Source: the human T2T-CHM13v2.0 reference genome, Homo sapiens
DNA length: 64,000 nucleotides
Direction of reading: 5' to 3'
Assembly: GCA_009914755.4 (NCBI GenBank)
Contig: CP086569.2
Coordinates: 7,616,001-7,680,000 of the forward strand
Shown here piece after piece: positions 1 through 14,000 of this stretch. The notes under the pieces are model-generated. The model made no database searches, was not told the origin of the DNA, and saw nothing but the letters and a program-made list of their open reading frames with translations. The translations under genes and the position numbers were made by a program. Each line of letters begins with the position of its first letter. Position 1 is the first letter of the stretch.

Positions 1-1863
1 CAGTGCCATTGCCCCACTCTCCTGTACCCTCAGATTTAAGGACTATGGCTATGGGGAACTGCCAGGCATCCAAACCACAAGAAGCCCTAGCTCTACCCAT
101 CACCTTCTGAATACAAGTGTAGACAGGTCTATCAGGGCAGAGGAAAGGAGAGAAGGAGAGCAAAGGCGCCGGGAGGTAGACGGGGGGAAGCAGGATTCCA
201 AGCCTCTGAAAGAAAGGATCCCAGAGCGTTGAAAGAAACAGTAGGCTTAGAAGAGGGGAGAGGTCCAAATGGATGAGAGGAACAAGAAACAGGCCGTTCA
301 GATGAATACCAAACATCCTCCTCTGGCAGAGGGGGCAACAGATTACTAGAAGAAAAGTTAACATATACAGGTTCCAAGATAGGCAGAGGGAGGGGATCAT
401 CACCAGGTACTTACTCTTAGGGAGAAAACAAGGAGACATTTAATTCCTCCTCATGATCAGAAGGAAGACTAGTAGGGGAATCAGGTACCCAAGTAAAAGG
501 AGTGGCTGATCATCGGAGTTAACTTTTGGCAGTTGAAGAGGATCACCAGACAGAAAAGGAAGTAAAGAAACATGAATAAGAGACCTGTCAGTCCAGACAG
601 AAATATGAAGTACACCATCTCTCATGAGTTGTTGGAGTGTGGCATCAACTCTATCACAGTTTAACAGGTCCATAAAACCTTTGTCAGGGAACCAAGAACA
701 ATGTTTTTCAATAGTCTGAAATAAGAGCATATGGTTATTGGAATCAGCCTTGATTCCACCCTGTTTAAGAAGTTAATAAAAGACAGATAAGCCTGGTGTT
801 TAGACTGTGATTGCCCCGTGATAACCCTGGAACAATACCAGTCAACAAACCCAAAAGGAGGGGAGGGTCGGAAAAGGCATACCTGGAGACCTTACAGTCG
901 AGACTGAAGACTAGTCATCAGGAAACCCCACTCAGAGTGCACTGAGCCAAGGAACAAAGAAGGCCATGTTAGGTGCGAGATATTGTGGGATCTGGCCAGC
1001 AGCCCGAAATGCAACAGGGGCTCTTTCTTTGTTTCCAGGTGGATCGGCAGGTCGAGAAATAAAAGACACACACAAGATAGTGAAAGCTGGGTTCAGGGGG
1101 GTCACCGTCTTCTGGTCCTGTGATGCTGCCAATGCACTGGATATACCAGCATTTATTATTAAGTTTAGTGAGGGTGGGGGTAGGTTAGTGAGGGATTTAG
1201 CATCATTTGATTATGAGGTGAGATGGTCACATGGGGATGAAGTAATTCTTTAACATAGCATTGGTATGTATGCAGAAGTACAGTATACGAAGATAAAAAA
1301 TTTACAATATAGTGTATGCATCAGCAATTTCTAACAGAGACTTAAAACAGAAACACAGTCTTTCCATAACCTGTGATCAGCAAGATATTAATCAGCAATA
1401 ACAGTGGCAGCAAAAGCTGGTTGCAAAGAATCAATGGAATCAGGACGTGAAGCTAGACAACTAGTTAGACCACAAATTCTCAGAAGGGAGTATGCCTTAA
1501 CCCTAAAGAGGATTAGAAGAGCCATGGCAAGATAAGGGCATTTATAACTCTATCTTATCCATATGAGCAGGCGCCCCTCATCATCCACTTATAGACTCTC
1601 AACAAAGGTCTCATTCCATTCCCAGAGCTATGAACATCTGCTTTTCTGGGGTAGGAATCTTGGTGATGTGAAACCTCCCTGACTGCACATCTGTTTATAG
1701 GCTCTCTGCAGGGGGAAGCACATTACGACCTGTTGGCTCATTCTGGTAGCCCAACCTGGCATTGTCTTTACACAATCCTGCATGTAATTTTGGATTTACA
1801 ATTATCAGGAGCATTTCATCTTTTATGCCATAGCAATAGTTTCAGGGAGGCTCCCTAGATAAC
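1..1863. other. Non-satellite segment bounding the left end of the satellite block. Unclassified; possibly LTR-retrotransposon-derived (contains AATAAA near 1058 and no monomer periodicity).
   Basis: No 70-75 bp 'tgtcacaat'/'gagtcacatcacc' periodicity. Joins the array inside the first ~60 bp of a B-type block at about 1862-1866, judged by comparison with the same block at 7060, 18500 and 60760. Track ORFs here are short and lack homologues I recognise. Confidence 0.3.
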
Positions 1864-4016
1864 ATGTTTTCTCGGTCATTGCATGACACACTCTACAACA
1901 TCCAAAGGCTTTATGCAACATGCATGAAATTTGCAATCCATTCTGAGGCCTACATGCCCCTGTTGACTCACAATCTTACATGTTGCTTTAAACCCAGTTA
2001 CGATAGTCAACATCTCTCTTGTAGGCTGGGCTCAGACAGGAGACCCATTATAATGCCTGTGATCTTGGTCCAGAAATGAGTCACCATCTGAATTGTAGCA
2101 AGACACACATATGAAAGTCATAATTCCATCTTTGTACTTTATTTACTTGTTAGACTGAAGGCTTTAATAGTGGTCTTTGTAAATATGGGATGCTGAAAAC
2201 TTTATCTCTCACCCGCATGTGTAATCAAGAGTCACAATCTTCTTTTGCTGCACCCTGTTATAAAACTCCATGTACCGGCCAAAAAGTTAACAATATGAAT
2301 TACTGCTGCAAATTTCTGTAAGCTTCATGCAAATATGCCACTCATAACCTTACCTATTGCCCTAAGTGTAGCGATGACAGGCAAAATATCTACTATTGGT
2401 GGAATTCCAATATAAGTTTGTTTATTGTGCCTTTGAAATGAAGCAAGGTAAATTTCAAAATCCCATCTGTAGAAAAAAACTTGGCAGGAGGGTAGCACAA
2501 TTTAGGTGCTGTGCCAAGCAATATGTCACAATGTCCTCTCTAGGCACACTCTAGAAGTGAGGGTTACATTACATTGATGCTGTACCCAGCTATGTGACAC
2601 AATCCAAAATGTGGAACAAAAAATAACCCCAGACAAATGATGAAACCAAAAACACCTACTGAATGGGTCTATAATATGTAAAAATACTTTATATTGCTCT
2701 GGCACAGGAAGGAGTGCTACATCATCAGGCTTAGGGGCCCAGCAATATGACATAATTGTCTCTTTATGCAGGACCCAGGCAGAAGCAGAAGATTATCTGG
2801 GTGCTGGGCCCTGCAATACATCAAAAATCTTTTCCTTGGGCATGGTTGGGGAAAAAAAGAAGCGTCATAGTACCTAAGTATTCAGCTTAGCAATATGTCA
2901 AATCACCCTATTGTAAAGACTCAGGCAGAAGAAAAGATTCACATCACTTAAGAACAGACTCAGATATATGACCCAATGTTTCAAGGAGGCAGTGTTCAGG
3001 CAGAAGGGAAGAGTCATATCATGTAGATGATGCCCTAGGTATATAACACAGTCTAACATGTGAGGTGAAAGCTGGCAAAGGAGCCTCATCACCTTGATGC
3101 TGGCTCTTGAGATATATCACACAAAGTTCCCTTAAGACAGTACCCACACAAAACATTACAACAGTTGCAGTTTGTACCATTATGTCACAATGCTCCATGT
3201 GGGCAGGGCTCAGAAAGTAGTCACATCATCTAGATAACAGGCCAGAAATACATCAAAATATCTTTCTAAGGCATGGCCCTGACAAAAGAGTACCATCCCC
3301 TGTTTGTCAAGCGTAGTAATAAGTCACTATCCAGGTAAGCAGGGCTCAAGCAGTGAAGCAACATCATCTAACTGTTAGTGTCAGAAATTTGTCACAATGC
3401 CATCTTTAGGACATGGCCCTAGTAAAAGATTACTGTCATCTATGTGGCTGACTGAGCCGTATGATACTATTCCCCACTGTACGAAGGGTCCATTACCATG
3501 AGTAGAGCTGCATCACCTAAGTAGTTGACACAGCAATATGTCACAATGATTTCTGTGGGAATGGCTCAGGCAAAAGTGTAACATGACTCGTGTGCTGGAC
3601 CTAGTGATATGTCATGACTGTTACTTAGAGCAGGGCCCAGGCAGGAGAGTCATATCACCAAGAGGTTGGCCCAGGTAGAAATAACAGTATCATCCACAGG
3701 CTGGAACCAGTAAGAAGAGTCAAATCACACAGATGCTCAGCAAATATTTTTATCAAAATGACACTGGGAGAAAATTCCTGAAAGGAGAGTTACACTGCCA
3801 CACATGTCCTGTTTTCATGAATGACAGTTGGCTTCATATATTTCAGACAGTGACAGTCTTTCCTGTCAGCTGGGTGTGCATTCGAGACTCACAATTTCAT
3901 CATTCTGATGGATTATGTTATTACACTCTCTGTGCAAGCCAAGGGCTTTATAAGTTATCTGAGGCTGTTATAATCTTTAAACTTTTTTTTACCAGAAATA
4001 GATTTATTCACGCTTG

Positions 4017-4017
<1 letters not shown>

Positions 4018-4095
<78 letters not shown>

Positions 4096-4119
4096 CTTTC
4101 TTTCTGTCTTTTTTCTTTC

Positions 4120-4171
<52 letters not shown>

Positions 4172-4227
4172 TTTCTTTCTTTCTTTCTTTCTTCCTTCTT
4201 TCTCTTTTCTTTTTTTATTATTTATTT
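4018..4227 (-). repeat. (TTTC)n microsatellite on the + strand, i.e. a (GAAA)n expansion of the poly-A tail of the adjacent antisense Alu.
   Basis: About 50 direct tttc units seen directly. Contiguous with the T-rich start of the antisense Alu at 4228. Confidence 0.9.
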
Positions 4228-4512
4228 ATTTATTTTTAAGATGGAGTCTGTCACCCAGGCTGGAGTACAGTGGTGCAATCTCCACTCCCTGCAACCTCTG
4301 ACTCCCGGGTTCAAGTAATTTGCCTGCCTCAGCCTCCTGACTAATTTGGACTCCAGTAGCGCACCACCGTGCCCAGACACCTTTTTGTATTTTTAGCAGA
4401 GTGGAGTTTCACTATGTTGGTCAGTATGGTCTCAGTCTTTTGACCTCGTGCTCCACCTGACTCACCTTCCCAAAGTGGTGGGATTACAGGCCTGAGCCAC
4501 CATGACCAGCCA
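4228..4512 (-). mobile_element. Alu SINE, antisense, inserted into the satellite.
   Basis: Antisense Alu hallmarks: '...gatggagtctgtcacccaggctggagtacagtggtgcaatct...cctcagcctcctga...gggattacaggcctgagccaccatgaccagcc'. Confidence 0.9.
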
Positions 4513-7500
4513 ATTCACTTATGTTTCTAAAGTAAGTTAGAAGTGTCAAAGTTACCTTTATTTCTGGGGTCCATATACAGGAGTCATTATACCAGTAAGT
4601 TGTGCCTAGGTATATGTCACAACTTACTCTGTGGTAATGAAACAGACATGACATCTAAGTCACCTAAATGCTGAACCAGAAATTTTCCAGTACTTTTCTT
4701 GTAGACATGTTCCTGGCAGAAAACTTGTGTAACTTGAGGGTTACTCCCAGATGTATGGCATAATGCCCCTTGTGGGCAGTGTCTAGAAAGAAGAGGAGTC
4801 TCATATCACTTAAATAATAGGCCAGAGATGTGTCACGATGTGTCCCATTGAAAGGACCAGGCAAGAGAGTCATATTGTTTAGATGCAGTGCTTAGAAAAG
4901 CTATAATCCCCAGTGGAAGCAGGGTCCAGGCAGGAGAGGAGAGTCAGGTAACTAGATGGTGGGTCCAGAGACATGTTATAGTCTTTCCTTAGGATGTTAT
5001 TAAGACAGGAGAGTAAATCACAAAGGTGCTCACCAGAGGTATGTTTCCAAAACTCATTTGTGGGCTACACCTAGGCAGGATTATTAAAGCTAGGCAAAGG
5101 TATATATAACAATAATACTGGTTGAAATTTCCAGGAATGGGAGTCACCATCTTGCCGATGACCTGGGTCCATGTTTAAGAGTCATGATTAGTCCTTTTGT
5201 CTGGTATCAGGTATATGGCGCAATATCACCTGTAAGCAGAGAGCAAGCAGGAAGATCACATCACCTTGGTGGGTACTGGTCCCGTGATATGCAGCAATCT
5301 TTCTTGTAAGCAGGACCTTGGAAAGGGAGTCACATTACCTGCAAGCTGGTTTTAGTGATATATCAAAATCCCCTATGTGGGTAGGACTTAGGTAGGTGAG
5401 GAGACCATCTTCACCTAGCCAACTATCTTAGACATATGTCACACTGGTTGCTATCTGCAAAACCAAGGTACAAAAGTGACCTCACCTTGGTGTTGGGTTT
5501 AGCAATATCACAATCTCCCCTTTGGTCAGGGTGATGTAAGACAGGAGAAACATCACCTAGGTGCTGAGTTAAGTGATACGTTACAAAGCTTTCTGTTGGC
5601 AGAACCCAAAATGGAGAGTCACATCACCTGGGTGCAGTGTCCAGTTATGTGTCACAATGCAGTGTAAGTCCAGGGGCATGGCAGTAGAAGGGAGTCACAT
5701 CACTTACATGATGAATGTAGATATAAGCCATAATGCCTTTTATAGGCAGGTATAAGGCAAATAATTCACATTACATGAGTGCTGGTCCCAGTAATATGTA
5801 AAATTTCCCTTTATATGCACACCCAGGCACCTACGCTTAGGTGTACGATGGTCAAATTATTCAAGCACTCAGCTAACTTTTATGTCCTAATTACATGCTA
5901 GGAAATATTTAGAAATAAGTTTCCCAGTACCACACAAGTCCTGGATTTGTGTATGTGAATCAACACTTCCTGTGAGTTGGGTCAAAGCAGAGGAGTCACA
6001 GTCTTATCAATGGTCAAGATTCATGCATAAGATGCCCAATTTTACTTGAAGATTGTGTTCCAATAGAGGAGTCACAACCCCACAGGTGTGCTGAATCATG
6101 CATCACCAAACTAACCATATAGGAGAGGAGCAATTTTAACCTTTGACTGCTCTGTTTATGAGGTTTAACACCTTATTTCTAGGCCCTGTTCTTGTGAGAG
6201 AATGAATACTGGATCAGCTGGCTGCACATTCAAGAGTCACAATCGTACCTCTTTCCTGTTCCCTGTTATAACACTGTTTTTACCATTCAGACTTTATATA
6301 CTATGTCAGAGTGTCATAATCCTCTGTGAAATTTAGGCCATTGGGAGACATAGTACTTTACTTGTGGCTATAAGACTGGCTATAAGAATCAAAATATCTC
6401 TCTGATTCTACGTATGACCCTTATATTTGTGCATGTGGGCTGAACCCAGTTATATGTCATAACTTAACCTGTGAGCAGAAGCAAGGGGGGAGAGTCTCAT
6501 CACCTGGATTCTGAACTCAGGATACATTGTAATCTCCTTTGCAGGCAGGGCCAAGTCAGAAGTGTCACATCACCTGGGTACTGCAGCAAGTAATATGGCA
6601 TCATGTCCACTGTAGACAGGTTTGAAGAAAAAGAGGAGAGTCACACCACCTAGGTGATGGGCTCAGCAATATATAGTAATTACCTCATTTGGCTGACTCC
6701 AGTATAAGGAGGAGAGTTGCATTACCTAGGTTTTGTACTCAGCTGTATGTCGCAATTCATTCAGTGGTCAGGGTCTAGGCAGGAGACAAGCATCACATTT
6801 CCAGATACTACTTCAAGAGATGTCATAATTTTCCTTGGGGGTAGAGCACAGGCAAAATAAAGAAATCACCTAGTTGATAGGCTCAGAGATCTGTGATAAT
6901 ATACATTTTGGGGCAAAGCCCAGGCAGAGGAGTCATATTGTTATGATTCTAAACCAATGATATATCACAATGCAAACATGGGAAAAAATTTATGCAAGTT
7001 TTAACACCTGGGTAATAGGACCAGAGATAAGACACAATCTCCTCATCTTTGAGAGTGACACCTTTAACTGTTAGCTTGGTGTGTATATGAGTCACAATGT
7101 CACATGTGTGCTGGCTCATCCTATGACACTCTCTAGAATGTCTGAGGGCTTTATATGGCTTGCATGAGAGTTGCAAACTACTCTGAGGCCCACATGCGTA
7201 TATTAAATCACAATCTCATATATTGCATTACACACAGGTACGATAGCAAACATCTCTCATTTAGGCTGATATCAGGAATCAGACTTATTTTATACCTGTG
7301 GGCTTGGTCAAAAGTGAGTCACAATCATACCTGTGGCCAGATCCATATATGAGAGCCACAATTTTATCTTTACATTATCTTCAGTTGTTAAACTCAGTAC
7401 ACCAACAGTGGGCTTGGTAAATGTGAAATAGTGATATCTTTTACTTTCACCTGGTTGTTTAATTGAGAGTCACAATCTTAACTCTGCTGGGACTTGTTTT

Positions 7501-7817
7501 GAAACTCTGTATCACCCAAATAGTTTATACAAGATAAACTAGTGCTGTAAACTTCAATGAGCTTTGTACAAATTTCCAACCCAGAATTTTACCTATTGCC
7601 CCAAGACTAGCAACAAGAGGCAAAATATCTTCTCTTGCCTGAATCCTAATATAAGTGACCATCATACCTTTAAGCTGAAGCAAGGTATATGTCATAATCC
7701 CATTTGTGGGCCAAAAAAATAGGGAAAAGAGTAACATCACATAGCTGATATGGCAATTAACATGTCACAATGTCCTCTCTAGGCAGAACCTAGGAAGAAG
7801 GCTTACATTAACTGGGT

Positions 7818-8050
7818 GCTGGAACAGGTAATATTACAGAATTCTGCATATGAAAAAACTTAGCAAAGGGGTAAGAGCCAAAACACCTACGGAATAAACA
7901 AAAGATATGTCAGAATACTTCCTGTGGCTCTGTCATGTAATATTACAGAATTCCACATATGAAAAATCTTAGCAAAGGGGTAAGAGCCAAAACACCTACA
8001 GAATAAACCAAAGATATATCAAAATACTTCCTGTGGCTCTGTCACAGGCA
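7818..8050. repeat. Local tandem duplication, 2 x ~117 bp, inside the array.
   Basis: 'gtaatattacagaattc(t/c)(g/a)catatgaaaaa(a/t)cttagcaaaggggtaagagccaaaacacctac(g/a)gaataaac(a/c)aaagatat(g/a)tca(g/a)aatacttcctgtggctctgtca' appears twice in direct succession. Confidence 0.85.
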
Positions 8051-11000
8051 TGACAGTAGCATCATCAGGGTGATTGGCCCACCATCTGCAATAATTTTCT
8101 CTTTATTCACTTTGGCAAAAAAGTAACATCATCTGAGTCCAATAGGTCATAATTTCTTTCTGGTCATGGTTCAGAAAAAAGAATAGAGTCACACGATGTT
8201 AATGTTGGGCTCAGCAATATGTCACAATCCTGCCATTTTAAAGGCCCTGGCAGAAGAGAGTCATATTACTTAGGTCATGGGCTCAGAGATGTATCCCAAT
8301 GTCCCTAGTAGGCAGGGCTCAGGTGGTCAAGGAGATTCATATCACATGCATGTTTCCCACGGAATATGTCACAGTGTAACAAGTGGGCAGAAAATAGACA
8401 GGAGAGCCACATCACTTGGGTACTGCATCCTGAGATATTTCACAAGTCTCTCTTAGGACATCAACCAGACAGTGGAGTTACATCACCTACATGCAGTTTC
8501 TCGGCTTATGCCACATTGCTCCATGTGGGTGGTATCAAAGGAGGAAGTCACTTTACCAAGGTGATAGGGCCAAAGATATGTCACAATGTCCTCTATGAAG
8601 CATAGCCCTGGCAAAAGAGTACCATCACCTCTGTGCCTGGCCTTGAAATATGTCATGCTCCAAGTTGGCAGTGCCCAAGCAGGAGAGCCACATAACCAGA
8701 GATATTTCAAAATCCTCTCTTTTGGGCATGGCTTTGGCAAAAGGGTAGCCTCACCTGTTTTCTTGGCCTTGAATCATGTCACTACCTTTTCTTTGTTCAA
8801 GGCCCATTCCAGAGAGAAGAGTTACATTGCTTATGAGGTGGACACAGAAATATTTCACAATAATTTTGTTGGGTGTGCTGCAGGCAAGAATGTAATATAA
8901 CATGGGTGCTAGATCCAGTGATATATCACCATTCTTACTGTTAAGAGGGTCCAGACAGGAGAGTAATATCACTTTGAGGTAGGACTAGGTAGATATCACA
9001 ACCCCATATATGGACTGGAAGCATTCTGGAGAGTCGAATTACACAGGTTGTTGAAAAAAATCTATAAAACATTCGCACTGTCAGAAAATTCCAAAGATGA
9101 GATTTAGAATACTACACATGACCTGTTTTCACGTGTGACAATGGCATCATCCATGTGAGATGATGACAATCCTTACTATCAGCTGGGTGTGCAAAGAAGA
9201 CTCACAATTTCACCTATGTGCTGAGCCCTGCTTTGACTCAGTCTGTATAAGCCAAAGACTTAGTAAAATATGTGTGAGTGTTATAAACATTTCTGATGTT
9301 TGCACAAGAAGCTGATGCAGGATGTCATGCCTGTCTCTAAACATACTTATGAGAGTATGTTTAGATACTTTTGAGAGTATGTTTAGATAATAGGGGATAC
9401 TTATGGGAGTATCCCCTATTAGCTGAGTCCACATATAAGAGTCATTATCATTGCTGTGACCTGTGCCTAAGTATATGTTACAATTCCCTCTGTGGTTATG
9501 AAGCAGGAAGAATGACCACATCACATAAATGCTGGGCCAGAAATATTCCAATATTGTCTTTGTACTAAGTATCCTGTCAGAAATGTCACATACCTTGTGT
9601 GTTAGGTCTAGCTCTGTGGCACAATGTCCCTTGTAGGCAGTGTCCAGGGAGAAGAGGAGAGTCATATCACATAAATGATGGGCTCCATAATATGTCACAA
9701 TGCCTCCTGTTGTCAAAGCCAACAGGCAAGGTATTAATATTATTTGGATGCAGTGTTTAGAAAAGCTACAATTACCAAAGAAAGCAGGGTACAGACAGAA
9801 GAGGAGAGTCATGTAACCTAAATTCTAGATCCAGAAATATGTTACAATACCCCCAAGGACATTTTTAAGATAGCACAGTGAAATCATCAAGGTACTTGGC
9901 TCAAGTATTTGTTAAAATCTCATCTGTGGGCTATACCTAGGCAGAATTATTAAATCACTCAGGAGCTGGGCAAAGTTGTAAGTCACAATTAGACTTGTGG
10001 GAAGGTGTAAGAATAAGAGTCACCACACTGAATATTAGGTTTGGTTATGTTCTCAGGTATATGGCACAATATCACCTGTAGCCAGAGAGAAGGCAAGAAA
10101 GTCACATCAACTATGTATGTGTGGGTCCAGTAAAATGTCACAATACACTTTGTGGTAGGACCCTGGCAGAAGAGCCATATCATCTGGATGCTGCTTTCAG
10201 TGATATATCAAAATCCACTATGAGGGCAGGACTTTGGAAAGAAAGGAGACTCACTTAGCCTAGGCAACTGACCCAAGTATACGTCACAATGGCCCTTATA
10301 TGCAGTACCAAGTCTGGAGAGTGACCTTAACTACATGCTGTGTGCAGCAGTACATCACTATTTCCCTGTGGTCAGGACCCAGGAAAAATTGAAGAAGCAT
10401 CACCTAGGTGCTGAGCCAAATGATATGTTCCAATTCTTCCTGTTTGCAGAGCTCAAAAACAAGAATCTCATCACCTGGGTGCAGTACCCAGTTATGTGTC
10501 ATATAGCAGTGTAAGTGCAGGGCCAAGGCAGTAGAAGGGACTCACATAACTTATGTGATATGCCTAGATTTAAGACACAATTCTCCTTGTAGGCAGTTTT
10601 CAGGCAGATAACTTACATCACTTGGGTGATTGTCCCAGTGACATATAAAAGTGCCCTTTGCAATGGGAGCTCTGGAAGCTGTTATATACGGCACGTAAGG
10701 AATATATATGGTACAATTTAATCTGTGGCCTAGGAGTAGAAAAGAGTCAGATTATTCATATGCTAGGCAAAGTTGCCTCTCCTTTTTATGTTCTCAGAAA
10801 GATTTGGAAATAAGTTTCACATCCCACAAAAGTATTTCTTCTGTGTATGTGATTCAATTTTTTCTGTGACTTGGGTTGAAGTAGAGGAGTCGCAATCTCA
10901 ACAATGAGCAAGATGCATGTACAAGAGCCCCAATCACACTTGAAGATGGTTTTCCAGTAAGGGAGTCACAGCACTACAGGCATGTTGAATCATGGTTCAT

Positions 11001-14000
11001 ATGTTACTAAGTCACCTGTGAATGAGATCCACATATGAGAGTAATTATTTCAATCTTTCACTGCTTTTTATGTGTGAGATTTAGTACCTCATTCCTAGGC
11101 CCTGTTCATGTGTAAGAATGTCAATTGTGTCAGCTAAGTGTGCATGCAAGGGTCACATTGTCACCGCGTTGCTGGTTTCTGTTATTACACTCTTTGCATC
11201 ATTAAGGTTTTATATGATATACCTGAGTGTTATAATCCTTCATGAAATTTATACTAGTGAAAAATACAGGACTTTACCCATTGCCATAAGACTGGCTGTG
11301 AGAGTCTCTACTGGATTGGGCCAGGTATGAGAATTATTATTGTGCATGTGTGCTTAAACCACATATATGTCACAACTGGACCTGTGAGCAGAAAAAAAGT
11401 CAGGAGAGTCACATTACCTTGGTGCTGAGCCAGTTATATAGTATAATCTTATTTGTAGGCTGGGACCAATCAGAAGAGTCACATCACTTCACCTGGGTGC
11501 TGAGCCAGTGAAAGAGTGTATACTCATTTTTTGGCTTGGCCTAGTCAGAAGAGTCACATCACCTGGGTACAGCCTAAAATAGTATGTCACCAAGCCCATT
11601 GTGGACAGGAAAGAAGAAAATGAGGAATGTCCCACAACCTAGGTACTGAGCTCTGCAATATGTAATAATCTCTTCTCTTGAAAGAGTCTAGAATATGAAG
11701 GAGATCTACATCACCTAGGTATTGCAATCAGCAGTATGTCACAACTTCTATGGTGAGCAGGGCTCAGGCAGGAGAGGATAGTCAGATTTTCTAATTATTA
11801 AGTAAACTGATATTTCACAATGTCTTCTGGGGGCAGGGCACAAATAGGAGAGAAAAATCACCTAGCTTATGGGCCCAGAGATATGTGATAATATTCCCTG
11901 TTTTCAGGGTCAAGGTAGAAGAGTCACATTATTATAATTCTAACCCAGGGATATGTCACAATGAATCCATGGGAAGGAATTTAAGGCAAAAATCTCAACA
12001 TCTGAGTACTAGGCCTCATAATATGCCAGAACTCCTTGTCTTTCAGGGTGACATGATTTGCTGTGAGCTGGGTGTGAATATGAGAAACACAATCTCATGT
12101 GTTTCCAGGATCATTTGATGACACTCTACAGCTTTGAAAGGCTTTGTACAGCCTTCATGAGAATTGCAAACCACTGTGAGGCCTACATGGTTGTACAGAT
12201 TCATGATCTTACACATTACCCAAAAGAAAGATATAATAGTTAACATATCCTCTGTAGGCTGGGTTCAGAAATAATATCCATGATTTTCTTGAGAGCTGGA
12301 TCCAGAAATAAGTCACCATCCCATTTGTGGCCAGATCAACATATGAAGATCACAATTCCAACTTTGTACTCTATTCACTTTTAGACTCAGAAACTTAATA
12401 GTGGGCTTTGTACATGTGGGATGGTGACAACATTGCTTTCACCTGGGTATCTAATGGAGAGTCCAAATCTAAATTTTTGCTCATCTCTTTTATAAAACTC
12501 TCTGTACAACACAATAAATGTAGTCATCATGAGTTAATTTCTGTAAAGTTTTTGAATTTGATAGAAATATAAAACCCAGGACCTCATCTATTGCCCTAAG
12601 CCTAGTAATGAAATGTAAAATATATCCTATTGGCCGAATCACAGGATAGGTTTGTCCATCATGCCTGTGAACTGAAGTAAGGTATATGATATATTTACAT
12701 TTGTGGGCAAAAAAAAACTAGGCAGGAAGGTAACATCACTTACATGCTGTGACAAGCATCATGTCATAATGTCCTCTGTAAGAATGGTATATGAATTAGA
12801 GTCACATTAACTGGGTGTTGGATCCTGCAATATGACAAAATCCCATATGTGGAAACAAACCAACCTAGAAGTGAGAACAAAAATGCCAACAGAATGGGCC
12901 CAGGATATGTCAAAATATGTTCTGTGGCTTTGGGACAGGCATGAAAGTCACATTATTAGGGTGCTGGGCCCAGCAATATGCCACAACTCCCCATATATGT
13001 AGGACCCAGGCAAAAGAGTAACATTATCTGTGTGCTGGCCCCTGCAATAGTCAAAATTTTTGTTTTTCTATTAACATGAGTGTTGTGTTCAGCAATATGT
13101 CACAATCCTCTCATTGTAAAGACCAGGCAGGAGAAGAGATTCATTTCACTTAGGTCATGGTCTCAGAGATATATCCCACTGTTCTCTCCATGCAGGGATC
13201 AGGTAGAAAGAAGAGTCATATCACCTATGTGTTTCTCTAGTTAAATGTCACAATCTGACATGCAGGCAGAAACCAGGGAGAAGAGCCACATCACCTGGGT
13301 ACAGCCTCAAGTAATATGTCACCATGCCCAATGTAGACATGTTCAAAAAAAGAAAATCACACCACAAGAATTCTGGGCTCAATAATATGTAATAATTCCC
13401 TCTTTATACAGAGTCCATGACAAAGATTAGAGCCATATCACCTAGAATTTGTGCTCAGTGGTATGTCACAATTTCTTCAATGAACAGGATCCACGCAGGA
13501 GAGGAGAGTCATATTACCTAGATACCATATCTAGCAATATGTCACAGAGTCCCCTGTGAGCAGGGCACTGGCAGGAGAGAAATGTCACCTAGCCAATAGG
13601 CCCAGAGATATGTGAAAATAACTGTTGTTTGCAGGGCCAAGACAGAAGAGTCACATTATCATCGTTCTGATCCAGTGATAGGTAACACTGCCCTCATGGA
13701 AAGGAATTTAAACCAAAAAGTCTCAATACCAGTATACTTGGCCAAGGGATATGACATAATCTCATCTTTAAATGTGGCAGCATTTTAGCTGTTATCTAGT
13801 TATATATATGACAGTCACAAACTCCTGAGTGTCCTTGCCATTGTATGATACTCTCTACAACATCTGAAAACTTTATACAACACGCATGAGTGTTGCAAAA
13901 CTTGCTGAGTCCTACACACTTATATGGACTCATAATCTTCCATATTGCCATAAACCGAGGTATGTCAGGCAACATGTCTTCTATCGGCTGGCATCAGAGT

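Noticed and set aside
3733-4301. 168-aa and 95-aa ORFs (3733-4239 and 4014-4301, + strand) rich in 'FLSFFLSFF'.
   Set aside because: They are translations of the (TTTC)n microsatellite and Alu tail. This is a low-complexity artefact, not a protein.
9210-9812. 200-aa ORF on the minus strand inside the satellite array; also other 90-170-aa ORFs across the arrays such as 44742-45074, 47899-48198 and 58954-59463.
   Set aside because: They lie entirely within degenerate tandem monomers. Their internal repeats mirror the 70 bp periodicity, they show no recognisable domain, and overlapping ORFs occur on both strands. These are chance ORFs in stop-poor repeats.
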